Shown: positions 1 through 9,377, numbered from the stretch's first letter. The stretch: 34,829 bases of DNA from a virus (IMGVR_UViG_3300038492_000672:1-34829); one strand, 5' to 3'. Translations and numbers: made by a program. The notes: generated from the letters alone by a model not told the origin.

Positions 1-17
1 GTTTCCCAGTCACGATC
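1..17 (+). other. Random-amplification (round A/B, SISPA-type) primer remnant; not biological
   Basis: GTTTCCCAGTCACGATC is the fixed part of the widely used primer A/B. The next 9 nt (cctatatga) match 34748..34756 (cctaaatga) with one mismatch, as expected for the random nonamer. Confidence 0.85.
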
Positions 18-22
18 CCTAT

Positions 23-99
23 ATGAACTGGGATTACGCGATAACCAGAGTCGCAACCAACCAAAATTCAGCAAAAACTGAGACATCTTATGAAGTGGA
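23..99 (+). repeat. 77-bp terminal direct repeat, copy 1 (circular assembly overlap)
   Basis: Identical to 34753..34829. 77 is a common assembler k-mer length. Confidence 0.95.
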
Positions 100-254
100 T
101 ACCATTTGCCACGGCTTTCTCTGCCTCGACGCTCTGGGCTGTTCTCTGTGTATATCACCCAGCAGCACTCTGGGGATATTTAATCTTGCTGCCAGGCATG
201 TATGTGAATTTCCCTGGTGCCAAAGCACCGCGAATTAAGCTGCCGAGGCTGTGA
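90..254 (+). CDS. Small hydrophobic protein (54 aa, not in ORF track)
   Basis: Manual translation MKWIPFATAFSASTLWAVLCVYHPAALWGYLILLPG... It starts 8 nt after the stop of 33642..34811 across the circular junction, and its TGA overlaps the next ATG (TGATG). Confidence 0.55.
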   Translation: MKWIPFATAFSASTLWAVLCVYHPAALWGYLILLPGMYVNFPGAKAPRIKLPRL

Positions 255-493
255 TGACTACCTGCACCTGCAATACATGCCCCAACTGCGGCAAGCCCCT
301 AACGGTAAGTAAATCTAAGCCGAAAAAGCGCAAGGCTGCCGCAAGAAAGAGAAAGCGATCCAGGCGCAAGCTGCCGGACGTTCTCGCCGTTCTGGCGCTT
401 GTGCTGATGGTCTTGCTCGGGGCTTTCGCTGCTAAGAATATAGAGTGGGATAAGCGAATTGGTCAAATTACAGTACAACGAAATCTGGACTGA
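254..493 (+). CDS. Small membrane protein with Cys-rich N-terminus, basic stretch and one TM helix
   Basis: CTCNTCPNC motif, K/R-rich run and hydrophobic VLAVLALVLMVLLGAFAA; translationally coupled to 90..254. Confidence 0.65.
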   Translation: MTTCTCNTCPNCGKPLTVSKSKPKKRKAAARKRKRSRRKLPDVLAVLALVLMVLLGAFAAKNIEWDKRIGQITVQRNLD

Positions 494-581
494 TGAAGAC
501 TACCGCGCCGCGGCTATCGAGCAGGACTGCACGGCGTATTTCATCTTCGTGTATGCCGGTAACCTCTACCTGTACACCATC

Positions 582-827
582 CTAATTCATCGATAGTCCA
601 AGGAAAGGCCTTGAGGCCCCTTTCTCCCTTTTCTCAGGCTTCACATTGGCATATGCACAAAGCGTCATCGATACCGGTTCACCAGGAAGGTCGATCATCT
701 CGAACACGATCGTCCCTAATTGAGACTTTATCTGCTCAACAATACTGTTATAGCTTTCCTCTGTGATCTCAACTTCCCTGACACTGAAGTCCTGAATGCA
801 GGTAAATAGCAAGTAGTATCTTGCCAT
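582..827 (-). CDS. Hypothetical protein
   Basis: 81-aa ORF with GAGGAGG Shine-Dalgarno upstream. Confidence 0.6.
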   Translation of the reverse strand: MARYYLLFTCIQDFSVREVEITEESYNSIVEQIKSQLGTIVFEMIDLPGEPVSMTLCAYANVKPEKREKGASRPFLGLSMN

Positions 828-971
828 TTGGGTTCCCTCCTCTTTGGATGTTTCCTTGGAGGGGCTGTGTGGTGTTCCATATTAGGAGTCTGTGAGAATG
901 GAGGACGGCGCCCCGGTGTCCTCGGTGGTTAATGCTATGTTCGGCGCATTAAAGGGCAACTTTAGTTTTTG

Positions 972-1376
972 TCAAAACCTCCAGTCTTTCAAGCGGGGAA
1001 ACAGGATTAGCAGCGGAATCCTAAAGAGCGGCAGCTGGCGCCGTCCCTTTCGCTTGAAGATGGCGTGGTACCAGATATTGCGCCACTCATACCACAGATA
1101 CCAAGAAGCAACAGCCTCCAACCAGTTGAGACGCCCGCCCTCGGAAATCCACGCCGAAATCAACACACCTACATATAGGCTGAGCAGCTGCTTGACCCCC
1201 TGGTTGAAGTGGTAGAAGTCGATGTAAAGAGGAGCGCTTGCCAACCCGAACATCCAGCGGAGTAGGGTAGAGTTGACGTGGTTGTTCCAGATTACCGTTT
1301 CCTCAGCCGCATCCATCACAGCCAGCAGCGCCGCGGCGGTTAGCAGTTGCCAAGCTATAGGGACAAAATCAACCAT
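972..1376 (-). CDS. Hypothetical membrane protein
   Basis: Several hydrophobic/aromatic segments and a DFYH motif; overlaps the upstream gene; end of the late operon. Confidence 0.65.
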   Translation of the reverse strand: MVDFVPIAWQLLTAAALLAVMDAAEETVIWNNHVNSTLLRWMFGLASAPLYIDFYHFNQGVKQLLSLYVGVLISAWISEGGRLNWLEAVASWYLWYEWRNIWYHAIFKRKGRRQLPLFRIPLLILFPRLKDWRF

Positions 1377-1648
1377 GCCACCAAGAACCCAGCGTTATTA
1401 GCGATCAGATCCTTCCAGCTCCAGCCCTGAATATTTTCGCCGTCGTAGGGTCGTATTCCGTCGCTGGCCTCTTTCAGAACGCCGAAAACCTGCCCCAACG
1501 CCAGCGTCGAATACAGGTCGAAGCCGAGAAACCGCACGCAGCCAATCACGAAGACGGCCGAGAAAAGGAAGTGTTCAAGCTTGTCGAAAACAAGGATGTT
1601 GCCGTGTTTGGATAGCCAGTGGTCTTTGCTCCATTTCAGGAATTTCAT
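1355..1648 (-). CDS. YfiM/DUF2279 (VanZ-like) small membrane protein
   Basis: Motifs DKxxHF, KExxD and GxSxxDLxAN with TM helices. Confidence 0.65.
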   Translation of the reverse strand: MKFLKWSKDHWLSKHGNILVFDKLEHFLFSAVFVIGCVRFLGFDLYSTLALGQVFGVLKEASDGIRPYDGENIQGWSWKDLIANNAGFLVAWLILSL

Positions 1649-1658
1649 ATACCTTACC

Positions 1659-2204
1659 TCAGTTTATTGATTCAATCTTCCGGATTGACACCCAGTCCAT
1701 TTTTATGTTGACTGCTTGCAAGTTCTCTCTTTTGAACCTAAAGGAAGGGTTGGCGCCGGTTGGGGTGTAGGTAAAGGACTTAACCCCTGTGCCAACACTT
1801 GCAGCGACGAGCGTAATGAACGGTCCGCCGACCTGGCCGTACTGAAATCGGCCAGTGAAGCTGTCTATCTTGATCGTCAGCTTATAGGTCTCACCCTGTA
1901 CAAGCCCAATGTTCTGGTCTATCTGCACATTTTGAGACCCGGACGCGATAAATTGACAAACGCCGGTAGGGTTCTCTGTTACGGTATCGCCCGGGGCTTC
2001 TGCTGCGCCGGTGTAAGTCCAGTTGTCTGGATTATCAGATGTCCAGTTGGTAAACTGGTCGTTTGCGAAAAGCTCTGGGCCAAACGTGGTATCAGGGCCA
2101 GTTGAGACGGCGGGATCAAAGTCTCTCCAGCCACTCCAGCCCGTCCAGCCGTTTTGCCCGAATAATGGGAACGTGAGAATTAGTATTATCAGGATTCGAA
2201 ACAT
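1659..2204 (-). CDS. Signal-peptide-bearing carbohydrate-binding (CBM4/9-like jelly roll) protein
   Basis: N-terminus MFRILIILILTFPLFG|Q. ELFANDQF..NW, QNIGLVQGETYKLTI and DWVSIRKI are typical of galactose-binding-like domains. Confidence 0.65.
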   Translation of the reverse strand: MFRILIILILTFPLFGQNGWTGWSGWRDFDPAVSTGPDTTFGPELFANDQFTNWTSDNPDNWTYTGAAEAPGDTVTENPTGVCQFIASGSQNVQIDQNIGLVQGETYKLTIKIDSFTGRFQYGQVGGPFITLVAASVGTGVKSFTYTPTGANPSFRFKRENLQAVNIKMDWVSIRKIESIN

Positions 2205-2215
2205 TTGAACGCTCC

Positions 2216-2764
2216 CTATTTTCGAAATTCCCGGATGAAGTGGCGGACAGTATCGCCTGCGCTGGCGTCAATCAGCCGGTACTGCAGGCCACTGGCAGGC
2301 CTCCACCAGGATGAATCAGCTATGTTAAACACATAGAGAGTATTAGCAGCAAGGTTTCCGCCGATCTGGTGCCAATCATCCCATTCATCTACCGATGTGT
2401 AGGGCGATTGCGCGCTCTCAATGGATCTGGATTGATAGTAGGATCCATAATACAGACGCACCCAATAGGTAACATCAATAGCACCAGCGGACGCGATCTC
2501 ATCGAGGGTAATGGCTACAACGTATTTCCCGTCTGCCCGTTCAGTGATATCAAGCTTGTTGCTGTAGAGAACATCATTACCCTGCAGGCTATCAGCATAG
2601 TTGATTTTCCCATCAGCGTTAACACCGATCCTCAAGCTGTCAGTGCTTTGAAAGGTTCGCCCCATGTAGACATGGTCACCCCACGCATCAGCAATTCCCT
2701 GTCCCAAGAGGGGCAATGCCAGTATCAAAATCAGTAATGCTATCCGTGTCATTATTGTCTCCAT
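2216..2764 (-). CDS. Signal-peptide-bearing beta-rich protein of the tail module (start may be 2752)
   Basis: MTRIALLILILALPLLG|Q followed by beta-strand-rich sequence. Confidence 0.7.
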   Translation of the reverse strand: METIMTRIALLILILALPLLGQGIADAWGDHVYMGRTFQSTDSLRIGVNADGKINYADSLQGNDVLYSNKLDITERADGKYVVAITLDEIASAGAIDVTYWVRLYYGSYYQSRSIESAQSPYTSVDEWDDWHQIGGNLAANTLYVFNIADSSWWRPASGLQYRLIDASAGDTVRHFIREFRK

Positions 2765-2783
2765 AGTTGTGAGTAAAAGATTA

Positions 2784-4079
2784 TCATGTTATTACAGCAC
2801 CCTCAACGGCTGCCTGTCCCTCAAGCCCTGATTCCGGTGCAATGCGCAGAATCTGAATCGTATCGCCGCCGGCATCAATCTTGTCAAAAGGCTTCTGTCC
2901 CTCAAAGTCGATCTTGCCTGCATACCCGTGCCCGTCAGAAATAGATTTGTCAAAAGCTGTGAGCGTCCGGGCAGCATTCACGTAGTTGTCATTCAGGATT
3001 GATAGATCAATCACCTGGAACTTTCCGCCTGATTTCTGTCCGGCCAGCAGGAAGAGCTCCTTTGAGTCCTCGTCAATATCCTTATTGCGGGCAGTAGCGA
3101 CAGAGAGCGTCTTTTCATACTGCCCTGCCACGACACCTAAACCAGCAACTGCCTGAAAGTCATCACCGTTAATGACAGCAGTTCTCACCAGGTAGCGGTG
3201 CTTCAGGTAGGTGCGCTCAGACCAGTTTGCTGGAGCAGCGCCGGTAGCATCAGCCGGTATTCGCGGTATGAACTCGGTACCGATCCGCAGTTCACCGGAG
3301 GAGATTGAGGGTTTGATATCGATTAGCGTGTTGGTGATGATCGCCAGCATCTTCCAGGCCTCATCATATTTCATGAAGGTCACACCGTCAGTCGAGAAGA
3401 CGTTATTTATCTTGTCTTGGGTGGAGTCTGCGAGGTCTGAGCCTCTGCCTCTAACGAGGATCGGCACATCCCCTGAACTGCTGGCAATGGTGGGGACGTT
3501 AACGGTGTTGATGATGACCTTGTAACCGGTCAGGATAAATCCAGCTAACCCAATTGTCTGTTTAACGATGTCGCTGAGTGAGATCCCAACCCGGTCAGTG
3601 GCGTATGATGCCGGACTTGCCTTATTGATGCGCAACTGCTCAATGGTCACGAGGGCTTGAGCCAGGTTAGAGTTAAAGCGGCCGGGGTTGGGCGTGTAGG
3701 CTATGGATGCAAGCGTGAGGTCGTCAAAGAACTGTTTCTGAATAGAGTTCAGACGGGCAGTGTAGGTCTGCGGGATGCCCTCAGATCTTTCCGAGAAGTC
3801 ATACTTTGGCCCAAAGGCATCACTGCCCTGCGGGCCGATCAGGTAGACATTGTAGATTGCTTCACTCCAGTAAACCACTACCCAGTTCATTTTGAGCACA
3901 TCAGGACTGAGCGGCAGAGGCTCAGTTGATTTGAGGATGATGTCACCAGCCTGCAGAAAGTATTCATCACCCACATTGAAATCGATTGTCCACTCATCAA
4001 TCAGTGTGGTGATATCTTCCTGATGCTCAACAGTCGCATCAAGCTGACTGGTACGCAAGTATTCAAATCGCCAGCTCAT
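2784..4079 (-). CDS. Putative distal tail/hub protein
   Basis: 431-aa ORF directly downstream of the tape measure; the call is positional. Confidence 0.55.
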   Translation of the reverse strand: MSWRFEYLRTSQLDATVEHQEDITTLIDEWTIDFNVGDEYFLQAGDIILKSTEPLPLSPDVLKMNWVVVYWSEAIYNVYLIGPQGSDAFGPKYDFSERSEGIPQTYTARLNSIQKQFFDDLTLASIAYTPNPGRFNSNLAQALVTIEQLRINKASPASYATDRVGISLSDIVKQTIGLAGFILTGYKVIINTVNVPTIASSSGDVPILVRGRGSDLADSTQDKINNVFSTDGVTFMKYDEAWKMLAIITNTLIDIKPSISSGELRIGTEFIPRIPADATGAAPANWSERTYLKHRYLVRTAVINGDDFQAVAGLGVVAGQYEKTLSVATARNKDIDEDSKELFLLAGQKSGGKFQVIDLSILNDNYVNAARTLTAFDKSISDGHGYAGKIDFEGQKPFDKIDAGGDTIQILRIAPESGLEGQAAVEGAVIT

Positions 4080-7000
4080 CTAAAACTGCCTCGCCAGGCG
4101 GTCTTTTTCGAATGCTGGAAACTCATCTCTGAAAAACTCCATTGCTCTGAGCTGAGCCCGCAGATTCACCGTCATCTCCATCTCATTCAAGCGCCCAAGT
4201 ATCCTGCCCAGGAGTGCCGCATTTGATCCCTCACCTGAGACACCGGGCAGAGTGGCCGGCACAATTTTTTGAATTGCGAGTGCAAGGGTGTCTGCCATGA
4301 ATTCAGCACCCTGGTTGTTTAAGGGGATCACTGCTTCATTATCTCCTGCCTCACCGATTACTGCCTCTGTGGGGCCGGTTATGATCGCACCGGTTGCTAA
4401 GCCTACCGCCTTTTTGGCCCGTGACCAGAATCCGGTTACCTGGCCGATCAACGCCCCTGCTGCCACGAGTCCCAGGGGGCCAAGCGTAGCGGTCAAGCTA
4501 CGCAGGATATTGGCGATGGCCGCGGCAATGGCTGCGGCACCGGTTGTGAGTATCTTTGCAACCTCACCAACATAGGCAGCAGAGCGCTTGGCAACGCCAG
4601 AGAGTGCGTCAGCGGTTAGTTTGCTATTTGCCTTGTTAGATGCAAAGACAGCATCAGCAAAGGCATTTACTGCCGCGCGGCGGAAGGATGCAAAGACGCC
4701 CTTGAACACACCTTCCAGATTCTCAACGCCTGAAAGCATCTGGTCAATGGTCTGGACAAACGACTGCTGCGCAGCACGGCGCAGCCGGGCCTCCACATCG
4801 ACAGATCGCTGGTTGGAAGCTTTAATCTGTGCGTTGGCATCAGCATTTGCCGCCACCCGCTGATTCTGGTAGGTCTCCTCTATTGCCAGCTTGCTGTTGG
4901 CTGTGCGGTTTGCAATGTCAAGCTCCTGGTCTGCCAATAGATCGAGTGCAGTGAGGATCTCAGACTCAGCCGTGGCATCACCGGTGGTCCGGGCAAGTCT
5001 CAAGCGCTCTTCAAGAATTTGCCTATTGGTCTCAATTTCTTTTTGCAGCCGCTCTTCTTGTAAGGTGACTTGGGCAAGTGCCTCACTCTCCTCGATCTCA
5101 ATTCGCGCAATCTGAGCAGCCTGCGTGATCCTGATCCGCTGTTCCTCAGTTTGGGCAGTCGAAAGCAGCTTTGCCTCTTCAGCATCGATAGCGGATGCGG
5201 TGCGCTCAATCTCAAGCTGCTCTTCCACCTGCCTGAGCCGCTGGATAGATTGCTCAACAGAGTCTGACTGCTTGCGTTCTGCCTTCACCAGCGAGATCTC
5301 CCGTTCAAGGGATAACCGCTCATCCAGGACAGTCAGTTCCTGAGTGAGATTATTGATCTCAGACTGCTTACTGGTGAGAGTGGCAATACGAAGCTTGTTT
5401 TGCAGGATCGCTCTTTCGATCCGCTGCTGCTCGTTTAGCCGGGTGATCACGTCATCTTCAAGCACTGTCTGGCGTTTCTGGATCTCAAGACGCCGGTTTT
5501 CTAATATGAGACTTTGCACGGCTTGAGCTTTGCGCCTCTCCTCGGCATTTGGATCATCGCCGGTAATGCCTGCCTTGCCTTGCTCTGCTGCTTTCTCCTG
5601 TCCGGACACGATCTGATTAACGACTGCTTCCTGCCGTCTGAGCTCTGCGGTTTGCTCTTCGAGCTCGGTGGTGAGGGCAGCAGCCCGGTTGATGGCGCTA
5701 TTCTGCAACTGTCCCTGAATACCGGCGATCCGGTCCAGTTCGCTGATAATCGATTCAGTAGAGGTGATGCTTTCAAAGAGTCCGATCTGATTTCCGGAAA
5801 TGCTCTCCAGGAATTCAACCGCCTGCCTCCGGGCCAGTACCTCATCTTCTGCTGAATTCTTTGATGCTTCAGATAACCGGGCCCTTAACTGCTCAAGCAC
5901 ATTCATTCGTTCAGAAAACTTGAGTTGATTAAGCCGGGCCTCTGCAATCGCCTGCTCGGTCGTCAGTACCGCTTCACGTGAATCTGCTGTCACTGATTCA
6001 AGCAACTGCAAGCGCTGCTTTTGCACCAACTGGTCATTAACGCGCCTGAGCACTCCTTCAAGCTCATCGTTGCTGGCCCTCTCAAGATCAAGGTTGCCGA
6101 TGTATGACGGGAACTGGCTGTTCAATTGATCGATAATGCTTTTTCGCCTGGCAGTTTGATCTGCACTCAAGCTCTGGACACTGTTTAACCCCTCCAGCTC
6201 ATTGATCAGTGCAGTGAAACGGATATTCTTGAGCGACTCTGCTTCATCTTCGGTCTTTGCAAGAGCACCTGCTACAGCGAGTCCCACCGTAGCAAGGGCG
6301 GTTAACCCCAGCGATACCGGACCAAATGAAGCACCAAGGCCTGTAACAGCGATACCGAGACCAACGATAGCAATGGTAGCAGCTTTAACGATGGTCGGGG
6401 CAGATGCCAGGGATTCAAGAATCGGGGTAAGTAGCGGCACGATCAGTTTCAGAGAGTCATTGATCAGTGTGCCCAGGGCGGCATTAAACTTCTGCAAGGC
6501 AACTGCCCAGATGGCCTGTATACCGGACCCGGTCTTCAGGAATTCATTATATTCGCCAAGCGTTTTGTTGCCGGTCTCAAGCAGCTCGTTTAACAGCGCC
6601 AGTTTCTTCTGCTGCGCGGTGAGCTGTGCTGCTGTGGTGCCGATTGAGGCTGCATACTTTTTGTAAAGATCAATCGGATTTCGTTGAAAGAGTTTATCAG
6701 TTCCTTCATCTAACTCCAGGATTGCCTGACGGATGGCAACCAGGGCCTGATCGGCATTGAGTCCCTGTGCTGCAGCGGTATTGAGCAGGGCCTCGAGGGC
6801 TTCATCGGTCTTGCCAATTGCGCCGGCATTGGCGGTGAGACGTGAGACAGCCACGGTGAGCTCATCGGCCTGGATCTCAGATAACTTGAATCGGTCGGCT
6901 GCGGTTTTGCTGGTATCTGCCAGAGACTCGAATTCGAGGTTGAATAGCTTCGCTGAAGCAGAAAGCTTCCGGTTAGACTGCTCAAGCAGGTTGGCATCGG

Positions 7001-7187
7001 CAGTGAAGCGGCCAAGGGTATTCTGAACAACGAAAAACGCCTGCTGGAATCCCTCGACTGTGCGCCTGGCAGTGTCAAGCCGCTGCCGCATGGTCTGAAG
7101 AGAGTTGTTGACCTCACGGATTCCGCTCTTGGCCGATTCATTCAGGACGCGGACGATGATGTCAATGGTGTTCTTGGAGTCGGGCAT
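4080..7187 (-). CDS. Tail tape measure protein
   Basis: 1035 aa, Ala/Glu/Gln-rich coiled coil with hydrophobic segments; C-terminal LATGAIITGPTEAVIGEAGDNEAVIPLN motif typical of TMPs. Confidence 0.92.
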   Translation of the reverse strand: MPDSKNTIDIIVRVLNESAKSGIREVNNSLQTMRQRLDTARRTVEGFQQAFFVVQNTLGRFTADANLLEQSNRKLSASAKLFNLEFESLADTSKTAADRFKLSEIQADELTVAVSRLTANAGAIGKTDEALEALLNTAAAQGLNADQALVAIRQAILELDEGTDKLFQRNPIDLYKKYAASIGTTAAQLTAQQKKLALLNELLETGNKTLGEYNEFLKTGSGIQAIWAVALQKFNAALGTLINDSLKLIVPLLTPILESLASAPTIVKAATIAIVGLGIAVTGLGASFGPVSLGLTALATVGLAVAGALAKTEDEAESLKNIRFTALINELEGLNSVQSLSADQTARRKSIIDQLNSQFPSYIGNLDLERASNDELEGVLRRVNDQLVQKQRLQLLESVTADSREAVLTTEQAIAEARLNQLKFSERMNVLEQLRARLSEASKNSAEDEVLARRQAVEFLESISGNQIGLFESITSTESIISELDRIAGIQGQLQNSAINRAAALTTELEEQTAELRRQEAVVNQIVSGQEKAAEQGKAGITGDDPNAEERRKAQAVQSLILENRRLEIQKRQTVLEDDVITRLNEQQRIERAILQNKLRIATLTSKQSEINNLTQELTVLDERLSLEREISLVKAERKQSDSVEQSIQRLRQVEEQLEIERTASAIDAEEAKLLSTAQTEEQRIRITQAAQIARIEIEESEALAQVTLQEERLQKEIETNRQILEERLRLARTTGDATAESEILTALDLLADQELDIANRTANSKLAIEETYQNQRVAANADANAQIKASNQRSVDVEARLRRAAQQSFVQTIDQMLSGVENLEGVFKGVFASFRRAAVNAFADAVFASNKANSKLTADALSGVAKRSAAYVGEVAKILTTGAAAIAAAIANILRSLTATLGPLGLVAAGALIGQVTGFWSRAKKAVGLATGAIITGPTEAVIGEAGDNEAVIPLNNQGAEFMADTLALAIQKIVPATLPGVSGEGSNAALLGRILGRLNEMEMTVNLRAQLRAMEFFRDEFPAFEKDRLARQF

Positions 7188-7189
7188 CT

Positions 7190-7255
7190 GTCAGGCTTTT
7201 GGGTCTAACATAGCCTGACGCCTAAAGGTGGTTGTAGAAAGATTTGCCTATTATA
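7190..7255 (-). promoter_or_regulatory. Candidate internal promoter (-10 TATAAT) and hairpin before the tape measure start
   Basis: Minus-strand TATAAT at 7255..7250 with a weak -35; GTCAGGCT/AGCCTGAC inverted repeat at 7190..7219 ending 2 nt before the ATG. Confidence 0.4.
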
Positions 7256-7346
7256 GGGTAGATCATGATTTGATTTTGAGAAGTCTGTTGCTTATGATTG
7301 ATATTACACGCTTACGATTATACTCAAGAAACCGGTAGGTTTTTAT

Positions 7347-7772
7347 ATGAGCTCACGAGTCAATGAGGTGGAGCATCGAGAGGTATTTGATGCTATCCTA
7401 CATCAATTAGATTTTCGATTGAAGCTGTTCAGCTATGCCATTGCCTTTAATGGTGCACTGATTACCATTGTTTTTGGACATCTTCCCGGTCTGGCAGCGA
7501 AACTGGTGGCCTGCATCCTGGGAACTTTTGTGACATTGGCTCTATTCACAGCCGAGAGGCGAGCCGTATCTGTGATTCAGCATTACGCTGATTATGGTAT
7601 AATGCTGGAAAAAAATGCTAAGAGTTGGTCTTTAATTACTACCATTATGGGAGAAAAATTACCTCAATTGCAATCTCCAATACGTTACAGATATTCCTTT
7701 GCAGCTTTATATGGATTGCTGATTGTGCTTTGGATAGTGGTCTCAATTATTGTTATATCGACTTCAAATTGA
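7347..7772 (+). CDS. Counter-oriented moron: three-TM membrane protein
   Basis: AT-rich, opposite strand to the tail operon, three hydrophobic helices, followed by a hairpin. Confidence 0.8.
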   Translation: MSSRVNEVEHREVFDAILHQLDFRLKLFSYAIAFNGALITIVFGHLPGLAAKLVACILGTFVTLALFTAERRAVSVIQHYADYGIMLEKNAKSWSLITTIMGEKLPQLQSPIRYRYSFAALYGLLIVLWIVVSIIVISTSN

Positions 7773-7788
7773 TTTGCGTTCATAAAGC

Positions 7789-7814
7789 AAAGGGTCACCC
7801 GAAGGCAACCCTTT
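7789..7814 (-). terminator. Intrinsic terminator, possibly bidirectional
   Basis: Minus strand AAAGGGTTGCC-TTCG-GGTGACCCTTT (C-UUCG-G loop) followed by GCTTT; lies between convergent genes. Confidence 0.7.
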
Positions 7815-7868
7815 ACCGTTTTCAAGGAGGCACATCACTGTGCCCTGGCATGGATGAGAGGAAGATGG

Positions 7869-8132
7869 TTAGTCTTTGATGGTGTATGCCTCAGATGCAA
7901 TTATTGCCACAAACATTGTTGCAATCTCATCAAGCCGGTAGCGTTCCTTGAGCATGTCAAGCTTTAGCAAATCGAATCCTGCCACCCGGGCCGTCACATA
8001 ATCAAAACCCATATCGGCGATAAATGCCTTGGCCCATGATTCAAGCACAACCCGCTCTTTCCCGGAGGCAGGCTCTATCCGATTGAGGATTTGAAGAGCT
8101 CGCCGCTTTCCTTGCTCAGCAGTGACAAAAAA
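7869..8132 (-). CDS. -1 frameshift extension of the tail assembly chaperone (gpGT-like)
   Basis: The -1 frame from GGG GAT TTT TTG (8137..8126) stays open for about 87 codons (FVTAEQGKRRALQILNRIEP...EAYTIKD*), ending at TAA 7871..7869. Confidence 0.75.
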   Translation of the reverse strand, partial: FFVTAEQGKRRALQILNRIEPASGKERVVLESWAKAFIADMGFDYVTARVAGFDLLKLDMLKERYRLDEIATMFVAIIASEAYTIKD

Positions 8133-8359
8133 TCCCCTACAATCTCCTTTGCCTCAGAGAGCGTCTTTTCATCCGGTCCTGCTGCTGTCACGCCTTCCGG
8201 ATAAATGACCAGATAGTCAGCTAACTGAAACATCGAGCTGACGCTATCGCTTTCCTGAAGCTCTTTTGAGAGCTTTTCAAAGCCCTCGATGTTTGCCTGT
8301 GTGTCGCGCTTAACGGTGACCTCTTTGCCGCCGTAGCTATACTTCTTGTCTTTGTTCAT
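8075..8359 (-). CDS. Tail assembly chaperone (gpG-like)
   Basis: Lies between tail tube genes and TMP; slippery T-run near the 3' end; GGAGG Shine-Dalgarno. Confidence 0.75.
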   Translation of the reverse strand: MNKDKKYSYGGKEVTVKRDTQANIEGFEKLSKELQESDSVSSMFQLADYLVIYPEGVTAAGPDEKTLSEAKEIVGDFLSLLSKESGELFKSSIG

Positions 8360-8374
8360 TTGTGCCTCCTTGTT

Positions 8375-8905
8375 TTATGATTCGCCGGTGCCGGTACTGA
8401 TGAAGATTTGTCCAATTGCCCCTGTGAGGGTGTCGGTTGCAAACTCAAAGCTCATCGTAGCCTTTTCGATTGCCTCATCACTGAAGGGCTTATCGATTGC
8501 GATCTGAGGATAGACGTTACGCAGAAATGATACATAGGTCTGACCCGGGCGGATGAACAGTACGTCAATGAGTGTAGAATTATCAATCAGATTACGCAGC
8601 GCCTCGATATTGGTGTTATCCAGCTCTACAACGCCAAAGCTCGATGAAACCCGGTGTCCTTTTTGAACCTTGTGAACGGTGCCGTTTGAGATCAGATTGA
8701 CTGAGATTGGATCCGACTTCACTCGCGGTGTTTCCTCAATGGTGCCGACCCTGGTGAAAAGCGCTATCAGGGTATTCCACTGGAGATCAGATAGGGAATA
8801 ACCAAAGTTGGCATTTAAGGTAAGGCTGCCGCCATCTGCAATATAGACATCGGCAGCCCCTGCCCTGACATTGGTGATTGACCGCGTTCCAAGCACAATC
8901 GGCAT
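8375..8905 (-). CDS. Tail tube-like protein, paralog C
   Basis: Start reassigned to MPIVLG (8905). NVRAGAADVYIA...FTRVGTIEE resembles the other two paralogs. Confidence 0.6.
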   Translation of the reverse strand: MPIVLGTRSITNVRAGAADVYIADGGSLTLNANFGYSLSDLQWNTLIALFTRVGTIEETPRVKSDPISVNLISNGTVHKVQKGHRVSSSFGVVELDNTNIEALRNLIDNSTLIDVLFIRPGQTYVSFLRNVYPQIAIDKPFSDEAIEKATMSFEFATDTLTGAIGQIFISTGTGES

Positions 8906-8915
8906 GAGTTCATCC

Positions 8916-9377
8916 CTACAGCGTGAAGCCTGAGAGGCCGGTTTCTTCGCTGAAAAAGTCACCCATATTCTTGGCTGAAACTGTTGCCTCAAGACCGATC
9001 TTGAAGACGTTCTCCAGGTTGAAGTCATAGTCAGGCAAGACTTTGAGTGTCATCCCGGTCATCTTAAACCCGGCTGTCGCATCATCGCGGCGGACCAGCA
9101 GAATATCAATCGTCTGAGCTTTGAAGGCCTCAAGGGCTGTGAGTTGTGCTGCAGTGGTTTCAAGTGCCTTACTCTCGAATTTGAATTTGCCTGAGATCTG
9201 GTGCTCTCCGCCATTGTGCAACGTGATGTTGTTTGCCGAGTCCTGGGTGAGCTTGGTGGTGCCCTGTTCACAGAATCCGGCATCGGTCCAGTTTGCCGGC
9301 ACGGCCGTATCTTCGCCGGTAGCAGCGATCAAGACATTGACCGCATAGCTTCTGATGTTTGCAGCATCTGTTGCCAT
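8916..9377 (-). CDS. Major tail tube protein (paralog A)
   Basis: 153 aa, acidic, strong GGGAG Shine-Dalgarno, WTDAGFCEQGTT tube-like motif, upstream of the chaperone. Confidence 0.7.
   Translation of the reverse strand: MATDAANIRSYAVNVLIAATGEDTAVPANWTDAGFCEQGTTKLTQDSANNITLHNGGEHQISGKFKFESKALETTAAQLTALEAFKAQTIDILLVRRDDATAGFKMTGMTLKVLPDYDFNLENVFKIGLEATVSAKNMGDFFSEETGLSGFTL

Noticed and set aside
23-99. Biological terminal repeat of the virion DNA
   Set aside because: The length equals a common assembly k-mer, it abuts a primer remnant, and it falls mid-gene.
23-238. 71-aa ORF at the contig start
   Set aside because: On the circle it is an out-of-frame overlap of the end of 33642..34811 and of the better-coupled 90..254.
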